Shown piece by piece: positions 1-12,999 of a stretch of 64,000 nt of DNA; position 1 is the first letter of the stretch; every line of letters begins with the position of its first letter. The notes beneath the pieces are model-generated. The model saw only the letters and a program-made list of their open reading frames with translations, searched no databases and had not been told where the DNA came from. The DNA is from Hypanus sabinus (Eukaryota). The stretch is taken from assembly GCF_030144855.1 (NCBI RefSeq), contig NC_082714.1:93372001-93436000 (forward strand), written 5' to 3'. The position numbers were made by a program, and so were the translations under genes.

Positions 1-1559
1 AAGACCATAGGTGGGATAAGCCAGTACTCGCCCGGAGGAGAGGGTGATTGGGAGGCCTCTTTCAGCGGCGTTTGTCTCCATGATATTATTAGCTGAAGTG
101 GACTCATCCAACCGAATCATAACTTTCCTCAGATGGTGTATGATATGCCGATGCTCCCAACATTTTTAGAGTTATTTTTGATTTTCCAAAATAAAATCTA
201 CAGCTCCACTGTTGCATTGAGGTCACGGACTGAATATGCATTGCAGGAATCATTCTGCACATTACCGAACAGATGTTGTTCTCAATCTAGCCCCACATCG
301 CTGATCTAAAATACTTTTCTGAGGATGAACGATTGTTAGATTCGCCAGTTAAAGAGTCAAAAGAGGCTTGTTTCTTCATCGCATGTATGTCTGGGATGGT
401 GTGGAGGAATTAGTGAAAAGGGATCGTTCAATGCACGGCCCCAATGTGCTAGTTTCAAATTTAATCGAAAGGTTCTGTAATTTGACTACAGTTAAAAGCT
501 AAAGCGTCGTGGAGTCGCTACAAACACGTCACAAATGCTCTCTAATGATGAAAAGTTGTATATAAAACATTTGGGAGACAAGTTTCAGTATTGGACCATG
601 TTACAACATTTGATCTTCTAATTTGATTTTATATTGTCTCACACTATACAACAACAGAACTGGATTATCGTAAGAATAACTGACGCCTTGGTTGTGGAGA
701 ATATAAACTTACATTCTGAATCTCGCCTTTGTAGACTATCTGTCGGCATTGTTTCAGGCTGAACTAAAAAAGGACACATTTAATTGATTTATATATTGTC
801 AATTTAAACGACACAATTTTTGTTTGTCATCGAGAGGCAAAAGAAACAGAAATTGTTTTCGAATCGACAGAGAACTATATATCTGCGAACGAGGATCTCT
901 AATCTCTAAGATTAGCACAATAGAATACTGTCGGTGAGATTTGTAAGAAAGGAAGTGTTAAATTTCTGAGACTACATAGTCAAAGGTACATTTAATGTTA
1001 AAGAAACATTTAATGTTCAGAAATGTGCACAATATAGATGCTGAAATTCTTTTTCTTCTCGGGTAGTTACGGACGTCGTTGACGTACTAATGTTGTCATG
1101 TTCCTAAATGCTATATATATTCCCTCAGATTCAATGACTGTAAATCCCCATCATACAAGGAAGGCGGCAAAAGAAATTAATATACAAAGTCTAGTTACCC
1201 GAACATAATGGCAAAGACGCGGAAACACGAAAAAAAACCTGACGACTGGATTTGATAGAGTTATGGATTTGTGAGAGTGGAATATATTTGGCAAATCTAT
1301 ATTTTGAGTTTGTAGTTTGCAGAAGAGGTAAAGGCGGAACAGTTAACGTGTTTACTTTATGAAAACAGTTAATAAGCTGTCACAAAGAATTATTAAAGTT
1401 AATGTGATTTATTTGGCATTGGCTGAAGATTGATGAGCGGAAATAGCTTACGTTAACATAAGGTGACAAAATGAAATGTTACACGGAAAACTGTAATACC
1501 CTGCACATCAGTCAACACGAGATAAAGAAATCTTAATTGAACAAAGACTGAAATATTTT

Positions 1560-2030
1560 ATTTTCAAGGGTGACAAGGAGTTAATTGTACACAAATCACT
1601 GACCGTTAATGTGTAGGTACAAGGAGCAATTAGGCGGCAAACAACCCGCCGACTTTCGATACAGGAATTGATTACAAGGTTAAAGTTCGGACTAAGCCTG
1701 ACAAGTTTGATGCAGGGTCAATGATTCTCTTGGATAGAGGTACCGAGAATAAGGGCGATGCTTTAAAAATAGGGTTGCCCTTTCAGAATTGAGGTGAGAG
1801 GTAATTTCTTCAATCATAATAAATCTCCAGAAAGTTCTACACGGATGGCATTCAAATATTTGTATCTGTTCGAATTTAAGACCGAGCTGGATCGATTTTT
1901 AGATAATAAATAGAAAACCAGGTCCTGGATTAGTATAGGAAAATGGCACGGAGGTACCAAGCCAGCCATGGCCTTATTTAACGTGAATAAGGACGTAGAA
2001 CACAGAGTTGCTGTTACAGAGTAAATACTC
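1560..2030 (+). mobile_element. CR1-type LINE 3' fragment
   Basis: Degenerate CR1 RT C-terminal and 3' sequence (ggtacaaggagcaattagg...gagctggatcgatttttag). Confidence 0.6.
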
Positions 2031-2799
2031 TGCAGGGTGACAAGTACAGGGGCCACGCGGGTGAGAGAAGCAAATAAATGTCACTTAACACCACCTGTTT
2101 CTTGCCAGCGGTTTAAGCAGCCTGAACCGCACAACGCTTTCCACGGGTGCTCATGTATCACATAGCGACCTTTGCAGTTAGACGCAGTCACTGACCTTGA
2201 AAGCGTAAACAGGAAACATGTAGCGCGAGATGACGCGGCCCAGTACTTTCCACAGACACATCTTTAAATGCGAGGCACAATTTCGGCATCGACCTATATT
2301 TCGCTTCCCTTCCGAACCCACTGATATTTGGGCAATTACTCGGTGCATAATTCACAGCGACAGTGAGTTTTTCAACGGTCGTTTTCCTGATATATCTCCC
2401 TCCAGGTTAGTCTTCGCTTCTCTGAATTTGGGAACCATTTCGAGCTAGTCATTGAAAAAATTGTTTTAGGACAGGGTTGCCCATTCTGTTTTATGCCATG
2501 GACATCCACCAAAACCAAAGGGTCAGTGGAACCCATGTTGGGAAACCTCTGCCTTGGGGGAAGATTGGTTGATGTGGAATTATTTTGGGATAAGCAATGT
2601 GCACTTTGTTGCAGCATTATCACAGCTTCGCGCAAGATCTTAAAATGACTCTCCTGATACATTTAAAATATCTCAAATTGAATTTTTGGAACAAGGACAG
2701 AAAATCTACTTGTCTTCCTTAGCTCAGATATCTATCAATGAAGATGACTGAAATATTATTGGAGATTATTGCATTTCCGAACCCTCCAAGGACTCTGTA

Positions 2800-5790
2800 T
2801 AATAGAACCACAGAACATTACGGCACAGAAACAGGCACTTTGGCCCTCTTGGCTGTGTCGAACCATTTTCTGCCTAGTCCCACTTACCTGCACCTGGACC
2901 ATATCCCTCCATACCACTCTCATCCATGTATCTGTCCAAGATTTTCTTAAATGTTAAAAAGTTAGCCCGCATTTACCACTTCACCAGGCAGCTCATTAAA
3001 CACTCCCACCACTCTCCGTGTGAAGAACCCCCCCACCAATGTTCACTTTAAACGTTTCCGCTTTATATTTAACTCATGTCCTCTGTTTTCTTTTCTCCCC
3101 TAAACCCAGTGGAAAAAGCCTGCTTGGATTCACTCTATCTATACCCATCATAACCTTATATATCTCCATCATATCTCCCCTCATTCTGTTACGCTCCAGG
3201 GAATAATGACGTACCCTATTCAAACTTTCTCAGTAACTCATTTTCTCAAGTCCCGGCAACATCTTGTAAACCTTCACTGCAATCTTTCAACCTTATTAAT
3301 ATGCTTGCTATAATTAGCTGACCAAAACAGCGCACAATACTCCAAATTCGGCCTCACCAATGCCTTATACAACCACACCATAACATTCCAACTCTAAAAC
3401 TCAATACTTTGATTCATAAAGGCCAATGTACCAAAAGCTCTCTTTACGACCCTATTAACCTGTGACACCACTTTTAAGGAATTATGTATCTGTCTTCCCA
3501 GATCCCTCCGTTCCACTGCACTTCTCAGTGTCCTACCATTTACCTTGTATATTCTACCTTGGTTTGTCCTTCCAAAGTGCAATACCTCACACTTGTCTGC
3601 ATTAAACTCCATCTTCTATTTTTAACCCATTTTCCCAGCTGATCCAAATCGCCCTGCAAGCTTTGAAAACCTTCCTCACTGCCCACTACAGCTCCAATCT
3701 TTGCATCATCAGCAAATTTGCTGATCCAATTTACCACATTATCACCCAGATCATTGATATAGATGACAAATAATAATGGACCTAGCACTGATCCATGTGG
3801 CATAGCACTAACCACAGGCCTCCACTCAGAGAAGCAATCCTCCACTACCACTCTCTGGCTTCTGCCAATCAGCCAATGTCCAATCCAATTTACTACCTCA
3901 CCATGTACACCTAGCGACTGAATCTTCCTAACTAACTTCCGATGTAGACAACATCCACTGCCTTTCCTTCATCCACTTTCCTGGTAACCTCCTCGAAAAA
4001 CTCTAATAGATTGGTTACACATGACCTACCACGCACAAAGCCATGTTGACTCTCCCTAATATGTCCCTGTCTATACAAATACTTGGAGATCCTATCTCTT
4101 AGTACTCCTTCCAATAATTTGCCTACTACTGACATCAAACGTACCGGCCTATAATTTCCCGGATTACTTTCTAGCCTTTTTTAAGCAACGGAAGAGCATG
4201 AGCTATCCTCCAATCCTCCGGTACCTCACCCGTAGATACTGACATTTCAAATATATACGCCTGGGCCCGTGTAATTTCCACACTAGTCTCTTTTAAGGTC
4301 CGAGAGAATACCCTGAAATGTTCTGGGGTTTTATCTAATCTGATTTGCCTCAAGATAGCAAGCACCTCCTCGTCTTCAATCTGTATAGGTTCCATGACCT
4401 CACTACCTGTTTGCCTTATTTCCATTTATCGATGCCAGTTTCCTTTGTAAATACAGACAGAAAAAAAACATTTAAGAGCTCCCCCATTTCTTCTGATTCA
4501 TACATAGCCGACAACTCTGATCTTTAAGAGGACCAATTTTATCTCTTTCTTCCTTTTGCTCTTAATATACCTGTAGAAGCTCTTAGGATTATCCTTCCCC
4601 TTGACTGTCAAAGCAACCCCATGTCTTCTTTTAGCCCTCCTGATTTGTTTCTTAAGTATTGTTTTCACTTTTTATGCTCCTCAGGCTTCTTATTCGCTCC
4701 CCGTTTCCTATACATGTCATACTACTCTCTCTTCTACTTTATCAGAGTCCCAATATCCCTGGAGAACGAAGGTTCCTTATTTTTATTCACTTTGCCTTTA
4801 ATCCTGACAGGAAGATACAAATTCTCCACTCTCAAAATTTCTTCTTTGAGGCCTCCCACTTGCTAATCACATCCTTGCCAGAGAACTAACCTGTCCCAAT
4901 CCACATTCTTTAGATCTTTTCTCATTTCTTCAAATTTGGCCTTTTTCCAGTTTAGAACATCAACCCGAGGACCAGATCTACCTTTATCCACGATCAAGTT
5001 GAAACTAATGGTGTTACGATCACTGGAACCAAAGTGTTCCCTTACACACACTTCCGTCACCTGTCCTAACTCGTTTCCTAATAGGAGATCTAATAATTCA
5101 TCCTCTCTGTTTGGTACCTCTATATATTGATTTAGGAAACTTTCCTGAAGACATTTTACAAACTCTAACAAGTTTAAACCTTTAACAGTATGGGAGTCCC
5201 AATCAATATGTGGAAAATTTAAATCCCCTACTATCACAACTGTATGTTTCCTGCAGTTGTCTGCTGTCTCTCTGCAGATTTGCTCCTCCAATTCTCGTTG
5301 ACTATTGAGTGGTCTATAATGAAACCCCATACCTTTCCTGTTTCTCAGGTCCACCCATGTGCCCTCGGTAGACCAGCCCTCTAATCTCTCCTGCCTGAGC
5401 ACTGCAGTAAGATTTTCCCCGACTAGCATTGCCACACCCCCTCACCCTTCATCCCTCTGCCTCTATCACGTCTGAAACATCTAAACCCTGGAACCTTAAG
5501 CAGCCAGTCCTGCCCCTCCTGTAGCCAAGTTTCACTAACGGCTAAAATGTCACAATTCCATGTGTCAACCCACGCCCTCAGCTCGTCTGCCTTCCCCACA
5601 ATACTCCTCGCATTGAAATAGACACACCTCAGAAGATTATTACCACCACACACAAACCTTCTATTTGTGACTTTGCATGAACTTTCAACATCATTTATTT
5701 TCACCCCTGCTCCACTATCTGCTCTGTCACTGTGGTTCCCATCTCCCTGCAAATCTAGTTTAACCACTCCCACCATAGCACTGACAAACC
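2800..5790 (-). mobile_element. CR1 LINE ORF2 (APE endonuclease and RT) with internal deletions and 3' tail
   Basis: YFNARSIVGKADEL...VSETWL; IVGDLNFP; ESQHGFVRGRSCVTNL; GSVLGPLLFVIYINDL; SKFADDAK; tail near 2800. Confidence 0.92.
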
Positions 5791-5950
5791 TAAACCTAAT
5801 TTTATTTCTCTTTTTTCTGTCTCTTTACCCCATGCTCGAATTTAATTCTTAGCATATAGGTCCCAATGGGAATTAGGAATTCTAATAATCTGGTGAACGG
5901 TAAAGGCAGTTTACGCCGAGCCCGGTCTATCTATCTATCTATATATATAT

Positions 5951-6170
5951 AAGTAGGTATCCAACAAGTGTACGATGAGATATATATTACAAATAATTTG
6001 GTACAGCTTTACCCAGATAACGTCCTGATGAATTTCTTCCTTTCGTAGTTGTTAGTCCTCAGGAGTTCCGAATTAAACCCTTTTCTTCTGTTTCCTGGAT
6101 ATTTCCTTACGCCGCAGGCATTCTCTCGCCTTGCATTTGTTCTCACCGTACTTTTGTTGGATACCTACTT
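5951..6170. repeat. 30-bp inverted repeat pair (5951-5980 and 6141-6170)
   Basis: aagtaggtatccaacaagtgtacgatgaga matches the reverse complement of 6141-6170 at 27/30; 160-nt spacer. Confidence 0.85.
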
Positions 6171-7175
6171 CACAAAGTGTACGAGGCCTCCTTATCATCC
6201 ACGTCAAAACACAATGGTATATAGTGTTTCACCAGAAAAGGAAGAAGGAAAACAAAATGACAAGGGGCTGATGGGCGCTGATGGGACAGACGAAACACTG
6301 CCTGTTATCAAGGGAAAAAAATGCTGCTGATCGGGTATTCGTCTGATTAGCGTCAGAGGAATAGTACAGCACAGTGCAGACCCTTCGATCCAGGATGATG
6401 TGCCGACGAATTAATCTATTCTCACCTTACCAGTTTTCAATCATCCATGAGCCCATTTCAGAGTGTCTTAATGGTCCCTAATGTATCGGTCTCTATCACC
6501 AACATTGGCAGCGCGTTCTACACACCCCTCACTCTGTGTAAGAATGTCTACCTCTGACAGCTCATTGAACTTTTCCCCAATTACCTTAATAGTTTACCCC
6601 TCGATAGTTTGCAACAGTTTCATTCCAGCGTAAGTTGGAGTCTATGCAATTAATATGTGTTTGGTATCTGACTGTGGCCAGAGCGGTGGGTGAAGAACAG
6701 CACCATAACCTTCCCCCGTGCCTGACACTGTGATGGTAGCCCTTTGTACTCCATGTACAACCTGTCGATATATAGTATTCATATAGTTATCACCACCTGA
6801 CTCTACCTCACGAGTTTACTCTCTTTCTGCAGCAGGGACTGTTAATCTATAAAAAAGTTTATTTTTAATATGGTTATTATCGTAATTTATAGAATGTAAT
6901 GTTTCACGACAGGTGTTAGTGATTTTAAATTTGATTCTGATTCTAATTATCCACCTATCCGTCCTTTTCTCCCCCTCCATCTGTTTTGATACGTAGGCGG
7001 GTATTTAACTCTTTCATGAATATTTATAAATCAATTTCTGGATCTGGTGGCACTACGATCTGCTCCCAACCTCCTACCGTGCGCAATCCCTTTGGGAATA
7101 TATTGTTGGAGTCGGAAATTATGAGACAGAGATGTTAGAACATATAAAAAAGCGATATCTTCTTTTCTCTTGCAG

Positions 7176-7292
7176 ATGTCTCATCCACGCATGTTTGCCT
7201 TTTACTGTATCATGTCGGCTTTTCTGTAGCGATTATCTTTCTGCTCACGGATATATTCGCCGTGGGCCGAAGCTGCAGGAACCGGAAGTCAG
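7176..7292 (+). CDS. Candidate TM exon of a second receptor: (D)VSSTHVCLLLYHVGFSVAIIFLLTDIFAVGRSCRNRKS(G)
   Basis: Strong acceptor cttttctcttgcag|, 117 nt open in phase 1-1, ~25-aa hydrophobic run then basic RSCRNRK. Donor G|gttcca is weak; no ectodomain exons found in the window. Confidence 0.5.
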
Positions 7293-7392
7293 GTTCCAAA
7301 TTCGATCGAACTCCTCAGGATTATTTTATTGCCGTTGTTGTCTGGTTCTGGGTTTAACGCTATTGTTTACATTAAATCTCTTTTCATCTCAG

Positions 7393-7451
7393 GAAACAAG
7401 AGCGGCCCGGTCAACTTTGCAGAAGTGAGAGCACTCCCGGCAGGAAATGAA
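7393..7451 (+). other. Candidate cytoplasmic exon (G)NKSGPVNFAEVRALPAGNE
   Basis: Acceptor tcttttcatctcag| 100 nt after the TM exon, open in phase 1. 3' end uncertain (GT options at 7424 and 7452). Confidence 0.35.
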
Positions 7452-7484
7452 GTAGGAATAAATCATTTTGGTTTATTTAGAGAA

Positions 7485-8260
7485 TATAGAACAGCACAGT
7501 GCAGCAGAGAAACAGACCCTCCCCGCCACGATGTTTTGCCGTGCTAATGGAAATCTACTAAACTAATTCATTCAGCTTGTACTAGTGTACACTCCTCTTC
7601 CGTGCGACTGTCTAAGTTTATTATAAGAAGCTATAAAACATACCAAATGAGACCGCGCAGATCTTCCGCTTGGGCCTTGACATTCTGGGATTGCTACTGA
7701 TAAGAGTTATGGAGCACGGAAACAGGCTTTTAGGCACAGCTCGTCCCTGATCATTGAGATGCATTATTGGGCTAGTCTCCTTTGCCTACATTTTTCTAAT
7801 ACCCTTCTAAACCTATCCTAACCACGTACAGTACCTATCCAAATGATTACTGAATGCTGTAACTGTACCGGCCTCTACCACTTCCTCTGGGAAGTCGTTC
7901 TATGCACAATACGACCGAGATCTGTTGAATAAATGAGCCTAAATTTCTCCTCAAATCTTTCCTCTTTCACTTTGACCCCGTGGTCTCGTTTTACTTTCCC
8001 TTACCGTGGGAAAAGACATGACATTCCACTTCATCACTCAGGATTTTATAAACATCCGCAGGGTGGTCCCTGAGCCTCCAATGCTTCAGGGAAAGCATCT
8101 CCAGTATTCTCGGTCCCCTCTGTTAACTGAAGCCCGTCAGTCCCCAGTTATATTCTGATCAATCTTTTATGGACTCCCTCCACTGAAGAAGCAGGTTATT
8201 TCTATGATATGACAATCAGAAATTAACCAATATTCCAGATGCGGTCCCCTCACTACCTCA
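7485..8260 (-). mobile_element. CR1 LINE 3' fragments
   Basis: Reverse-oriented CR1 3' tails at ~7485 and ~7700 with RT C-terminal remnant. Confidence 0.65.
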
Positions 8261-8289
8261 TTCTCCATGCCCCGTCTGCTAAAGGTAAG

Positions 8290-8920
8290 CACGTCTTTAT
8301 TCAGCATCTGCAGGTATCTCACTGTCTGGCTGTCAAACTTTAATAACTTCTATAGATGCAAGTTGGAGAATATTCTGATTAGTTCCATCACTGCGTCGCA
8401 TGGAATCATCAATACTCATGAACAGAAAAGCCTAGAAAAATTAGTGGGTACATCCCAGTACGTTACAGGAAACTCCCTCCCCATCACTAAACACAGGAGG
8501 GCGGTCGCAGGAAAACAGCACTCATCATCAACCCAGGCCATGCTTTCCTCTGGCTTTGGATTGAGGTACAGAACTCTCGGGTCCCACACCTCCAGGTCCA
8601 TGAACAACTCTTTCCACTCAACCATTTGTGTCCTGAATCCATGTTCTAAGCTGATTCCCCCACCTATGGACTCAACCTCAAGGACTCTACAACTTAGTTT
8701 TTCAAAATTATTGATATACCTGTTTACTGTTCTTTTTGTGCGGCGCAGTAGGTTTTTTTTTGCACATTGGTTGTTTGCTCGTCTTTGTCTGTGTGCAGTT
8801 TTAAATTGATTCTATTGTGTTTCCATTACGTACTGTGAATACCCGCATGAAAATCAACCTCAGGACGGAATATAGTAACACGTATGGGCTTTGTTAATAA
8901 ATTTACTTCGAACTTTGCAT
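8290..8920 (+). mobile_element. Rex1/Babar-like LINE 3' fragment
   Basis: NFYRCKLENILISSITA...SLEKLVGTSQYVTGNSLP, followed by the typical 3' UTR. Confidence 0.7.
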
Positions 8921-8980
8921 TTAGAACTGTGTTGACACATACATAGAATTATGGCTTGTGCTCCAATGTCTATTTTACAG

Positions 8981-9108
8981 CATCAACCGCCAACTTCAAC
9001 CCCGGGCCGGTTACATACTATGCAATTCCTACACTGGCTTCATTTAGAACAAAGAAGCGAGTACGACAAATCATTGTGGACACAACTCACCCAGAGAACT
9101 GCCTTTGA
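8981..9108 (+). CDS. Candidate terminal exon (A)STANFNPGPVTYYAIPTLASFRTKKRVRQIIVDTTHPENCL*, ITIM consensus VTYYAI at 9010-9027
   Basis: Acceptor gtctattttacag|, phase 1 (compatible with the 7292 donor), TGA 9106-9108, ATTAAA at 9141-9146. Confidence 0.42.
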
Positions 9109-10712
9109 AAATGCTCCCCGGTGGAAAGCGCTATATGGTTATTAAATCAAAAACCTCACACTAGCTGAAAAGTCTCCCCCACACAGGTACTTAATCCAGT
9201 AAACCATTCTAATTAGCCCCGCTCCCTCTGTCTTTTACCGCCATCAAGCACTGCAGCCCTTTAAACAATTATTTTTAATGCCGTTTGTATCGTATTTTGT
9301 GCTGAAATATTGGGAGATCCATATCGCTGTGTGCATCAGAGATCTTCCGTGTCTCATCTTGTACCTCTCTTACTTCAATGTAACATTTTCTAGCTGAATG
9401 ACCAATTTCTCATTTATCCGTGCTGCACTGCATTTGTTAGTTATTTATCAGTTTGCTTAAACTACATTAACAGCCTTGGCCTCTTTATGACCCTTTCAGA
9501 CCTTAGTTTTCTAACCGTCTTCGTGTCCTGAAGAAGATGTGAAGCACTTGCCCACGTCCTTTACATTAATCGTATCAAGATGATGTTTCAACACTAGTCG
9601 CAATGGTACCATATTTGCTGCGTTTATTATTTTGAACTACGTTAAAAAGTGTGTCTACTTCCCAACATCTACAACTTAATTCACTCCTCTTTAAAGGACC
9701 ATGACCATCATCCCCTGTGAATACAGCAGTTCTTTTAGAACAAAGAAGAGGATGAATTTCTTTAGCCAGGGTGTAGAGTTTGATAGGTTTTTGATTAGGA
9801 AGGGTTTCAAATCTTCCGGCGAGAAGGTGGGAGAATATAGTTGAAAGGGATAATAAATTAGCCACGATGGAATGGCGGAGAAGACTTGATGAGCCGAACG
9901 TCCTAATTCTGCTCCTATGTCTTATGATCTTATGGTATTATCCTTGCTTCTTCACCTCACACACCAATCCCGATACGGAATCGCTCTTGCGGTATCTTTT
10001 CACCACCTAAGTGAATCAGAATTTAATACTACTGTGCAAGAAGGTTGATGGGACGAACGGTCTCTTTTTGTCCCGTGGCATTCTTGCGATGCTCTTCGTT
10101 GTCTCTCAGAATCTACCTACTCTGATTGATTTTTAACGTGGGCTCTATAATGAGAGGGCAGGTGGAAGAGAGGATTTCGGTATGCGGATTTGACATGCAG
10201 CAGGTCTGCAGTGGTAAGGGCTATCAGTGACGGTTCCAGTCATTGGGCGATGGTCTTCTCAGGGCATCCGGAAGTCATGCCCAAGAAGTGGCAATCTATT
10301 GCAGGTGAGATTTATGTCTTTCCTGGTGTCTACGAAATTACGTCAGCTAAACAATGGTAAGTGATTTCAAAATACCGAGTTGAAAAACTTCCAGTCCTTC
10401 TCAATATGCCAGCTCCCAGGATCACCAACTCGTGACAGTGAAGCAATTTCTCCTACGCTTTTACAAACCACATTCCAAGAGTAATGTTCAATCTTATTTT
10501 ACAGAAGCCAATTATTATGTTTTGCTGTTTTTTTATCTTGATTTATCTCTTGTGGTTAACAGAGTTTTGGTTTTCTTAAACTGAAACATTTCATTTCACT
10601 TTGTACCTATGTCGGAAAAGTTAGTTTGATCTAGTTCAAGATTGTATCGCTTACAATGTGCAATAAAACAGATTGGACAAGGAGAATGCTGTGTATTTTT
10701 GATTCCATGCAT

Positions 10713-11077
10713 TGCGGTCAAGAAATGCAGAAGAGGCTTGACCCAAAGCAGATCCGCGGAGATGATTCACTAGTGAATAATAACTTTAATAAAATAATCA
10801 CAAAATAACAAGCCACGAAGAACCACAACACCACAGTAAACATAAACTAAACAAAACAGAGAACAAAGTCTACTTTAGCCAGGGAGAGTAAAAGCTGGGA
10901 GCAACTGGATGAGTTTGGTTGGTTCGATGAGTGAACAAGGACTGTGGATGTGAACTGGGGCTAAATAGGCTGCACGTGAGGAGTCTCGAAAGAGCAGCAG
11001 GTGAATCCAAATATCTGATTGGAAACTGGGAGGGACTTGCATGTGAAAGTTGAAAGGCGTCAATGTCCACCGGTACA
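10713..11077 (-). mobile_element. Solo LTR-like element (Gypsy type)
   Basis: TG...CA ends and LTR-like composition; no matching target-site duplication found. Confidence 0.4.
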
Positions 11078-11199
11078 TAATATCATGTAAACTCACTCTT
11101 GCAGTTCATGCTTTACGCTGTTTATCCAGAATTAATCTTTTGTCATAAAGTTCCCGGAATTACGATATGGACTGACGTGTCTTTTCACTCATGATTATA

Positions 11200-11520
11200 T
11201 AAGGCCACGTAGCTTCAATCGGCAAGGCCACTACAACTTGCTATCATCAAGGAGAAGTTATAGGAGCCTGAAGACACATACACCGTTTCAGGAACAGTCT
11301 CCTCCCCTCCACCATCAGATTTCTGTATGGACAATGAACACATTACACTACCTCAGAATTTTTCCTGATTTTATACAAATTATTTTATTTAATTTTTATA
11401 TCTGCTTCTTATTGTAATGATTAGTTTTCATTATTGTATATTTAAATTTTCTGCTGCTACAAATCAACGAACTTCACGAAATATGTAAGTGATATTAAAC
11501 CTGATTCTGATTCTGAATCT
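11200..11520 (+). mobile_element. Rex1/Babar-like LINE 3' end
   Basis: aggagcctgaagacacatacaccgtttcaggaacag... ending in a gattctgattctga tail. Confidence 0.65.
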
Positions 11521-12179
11521 CAAGACTGGGCCAATTCAGGTTGCCGGTTGACCTCCAATGTGCGGAGTTCAGAGGAGCCCACAGCGAGGAGAATAGGAGC
11601 GGGGCTGGAGTGGCGAGAGGTAAGGGGAGAATGGGCGAGGGGACGGAGTGTCAGAAAGCACCACTATTAATAGATTCACGGCTTTGGCTTGGTCTCCAAT
11701 TTTGGTGGGGACTTTCTCTGCTTAAGAAGGCACCTAGTCAAATACTTAGAAAATGAAACACATTCGGGAAGCATCAGACGAAACACAGCTTTCATTGCCA
11801 TTAGTAGACACACTGCTTTAGATCTAAAAATATTTGCCACTCTTTTGATCAGTGTGGGATGATTTAGCTCAAGTTCAACGTACTGTCATTCAACCGTACA
11901 CATGTATGCAGCCAAATGAAAAGTCGCTCCGTCCGGAGAAGGCGTACAACACAGGACATATACCGCCCACAAAACACAGAAAATAATATTACCACAAATA
12001 AAAATAAATTCCAGCAGATTGACATTTAGTCAATCTTCACTTCCTGAGCCCAAATGCTTTGCGATGTCGTTTCCCTTCAGCCGAGGCTCAGTGAGGTTCT
12101 GATGAGACAAGGGCATCATGTATGAACCAGAAGATGGAGTCATTGGAACTTCATATTGGTTGAGCTGTTTTCTCCAGGT

Positions 12180-12990
12180 GTAAGTAAGTCATAAGATCGG
12201 CGTGAGGAGACCATTCGGACTGATGCGCCTACCGACATTTAATCAAAAGGTTCAGCATCAGATTTTATCGAAACAATTTTTCGATGTTCTTTGCCGTTTC
12301 CTCAAGAGAATTTTACATTTCTTCTAGACTCTGATACAAAGAATTCATAACGTCACTCCTAAACCCTGCCCCTGTATCCTCCTGTTCGAGGCTCCCTGAC
12401 TACTGCCACTAACATCTTAAAAACTAATCATATCACCGTTTATTCTTCGAAAACCATGGCTGGTCCTTCCACCACCCTCCCACCCCATAATTCTACTCCC
12501 TGACCTACTCCCCGTAACCTTTGATGCCACGGCCGAACAAGAACCTATTAATCTCCGCCTTAAATATACCCAACCATATGACCATAGCCGTCCTTGATAA
12601 CAAATTACGCAAATTCAGCGCCCCCTGACTAAAGAAATTCTCTGCATCTCTTTTCAATGGACGCTTCTCTATCCTAAGGCTGTGCCCTCTTCTCCTGGGC
12701 TACCTCAACAAGGCAAACATCCTTTCCACATCTACCATGTCCAGGGCTTTCAACATTCAAAAGGCTTTAATGAGATTCCCTCCACTCATCCTTCTAAATC
12801 CAGCGAGTACGGGTCCAGAGCCATCAAACGTTCCAGATACGATAACCCTTTCATTCACGGAATCATCCTTGTGAGCCTCCTCTGAACCCTCTGCAATGCC
12901 AGAACATCTTTTCTTAGATTTAGAGCCCAAAGCTGTTCATAATACTCAAGATGAGACCTCACCTGTGCCTTTTCAGGCCTCAGCATAACA
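12180..12990 (-). mobile_element. CR1 LINE 3' fragment
   Basis: Reverse CR1 RT C-terminus and ataagtcataagat tail. Confidence 0.6.
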
Positions 12991-12999
12991 TCTCTGCAA

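Noticed and set aside
10263-10304. 42-nt AG/GT-bounded segment as another exon of the second receptor
   Set aside because: No informative motif, and it lies beyond the candidate stop and polyA signal.
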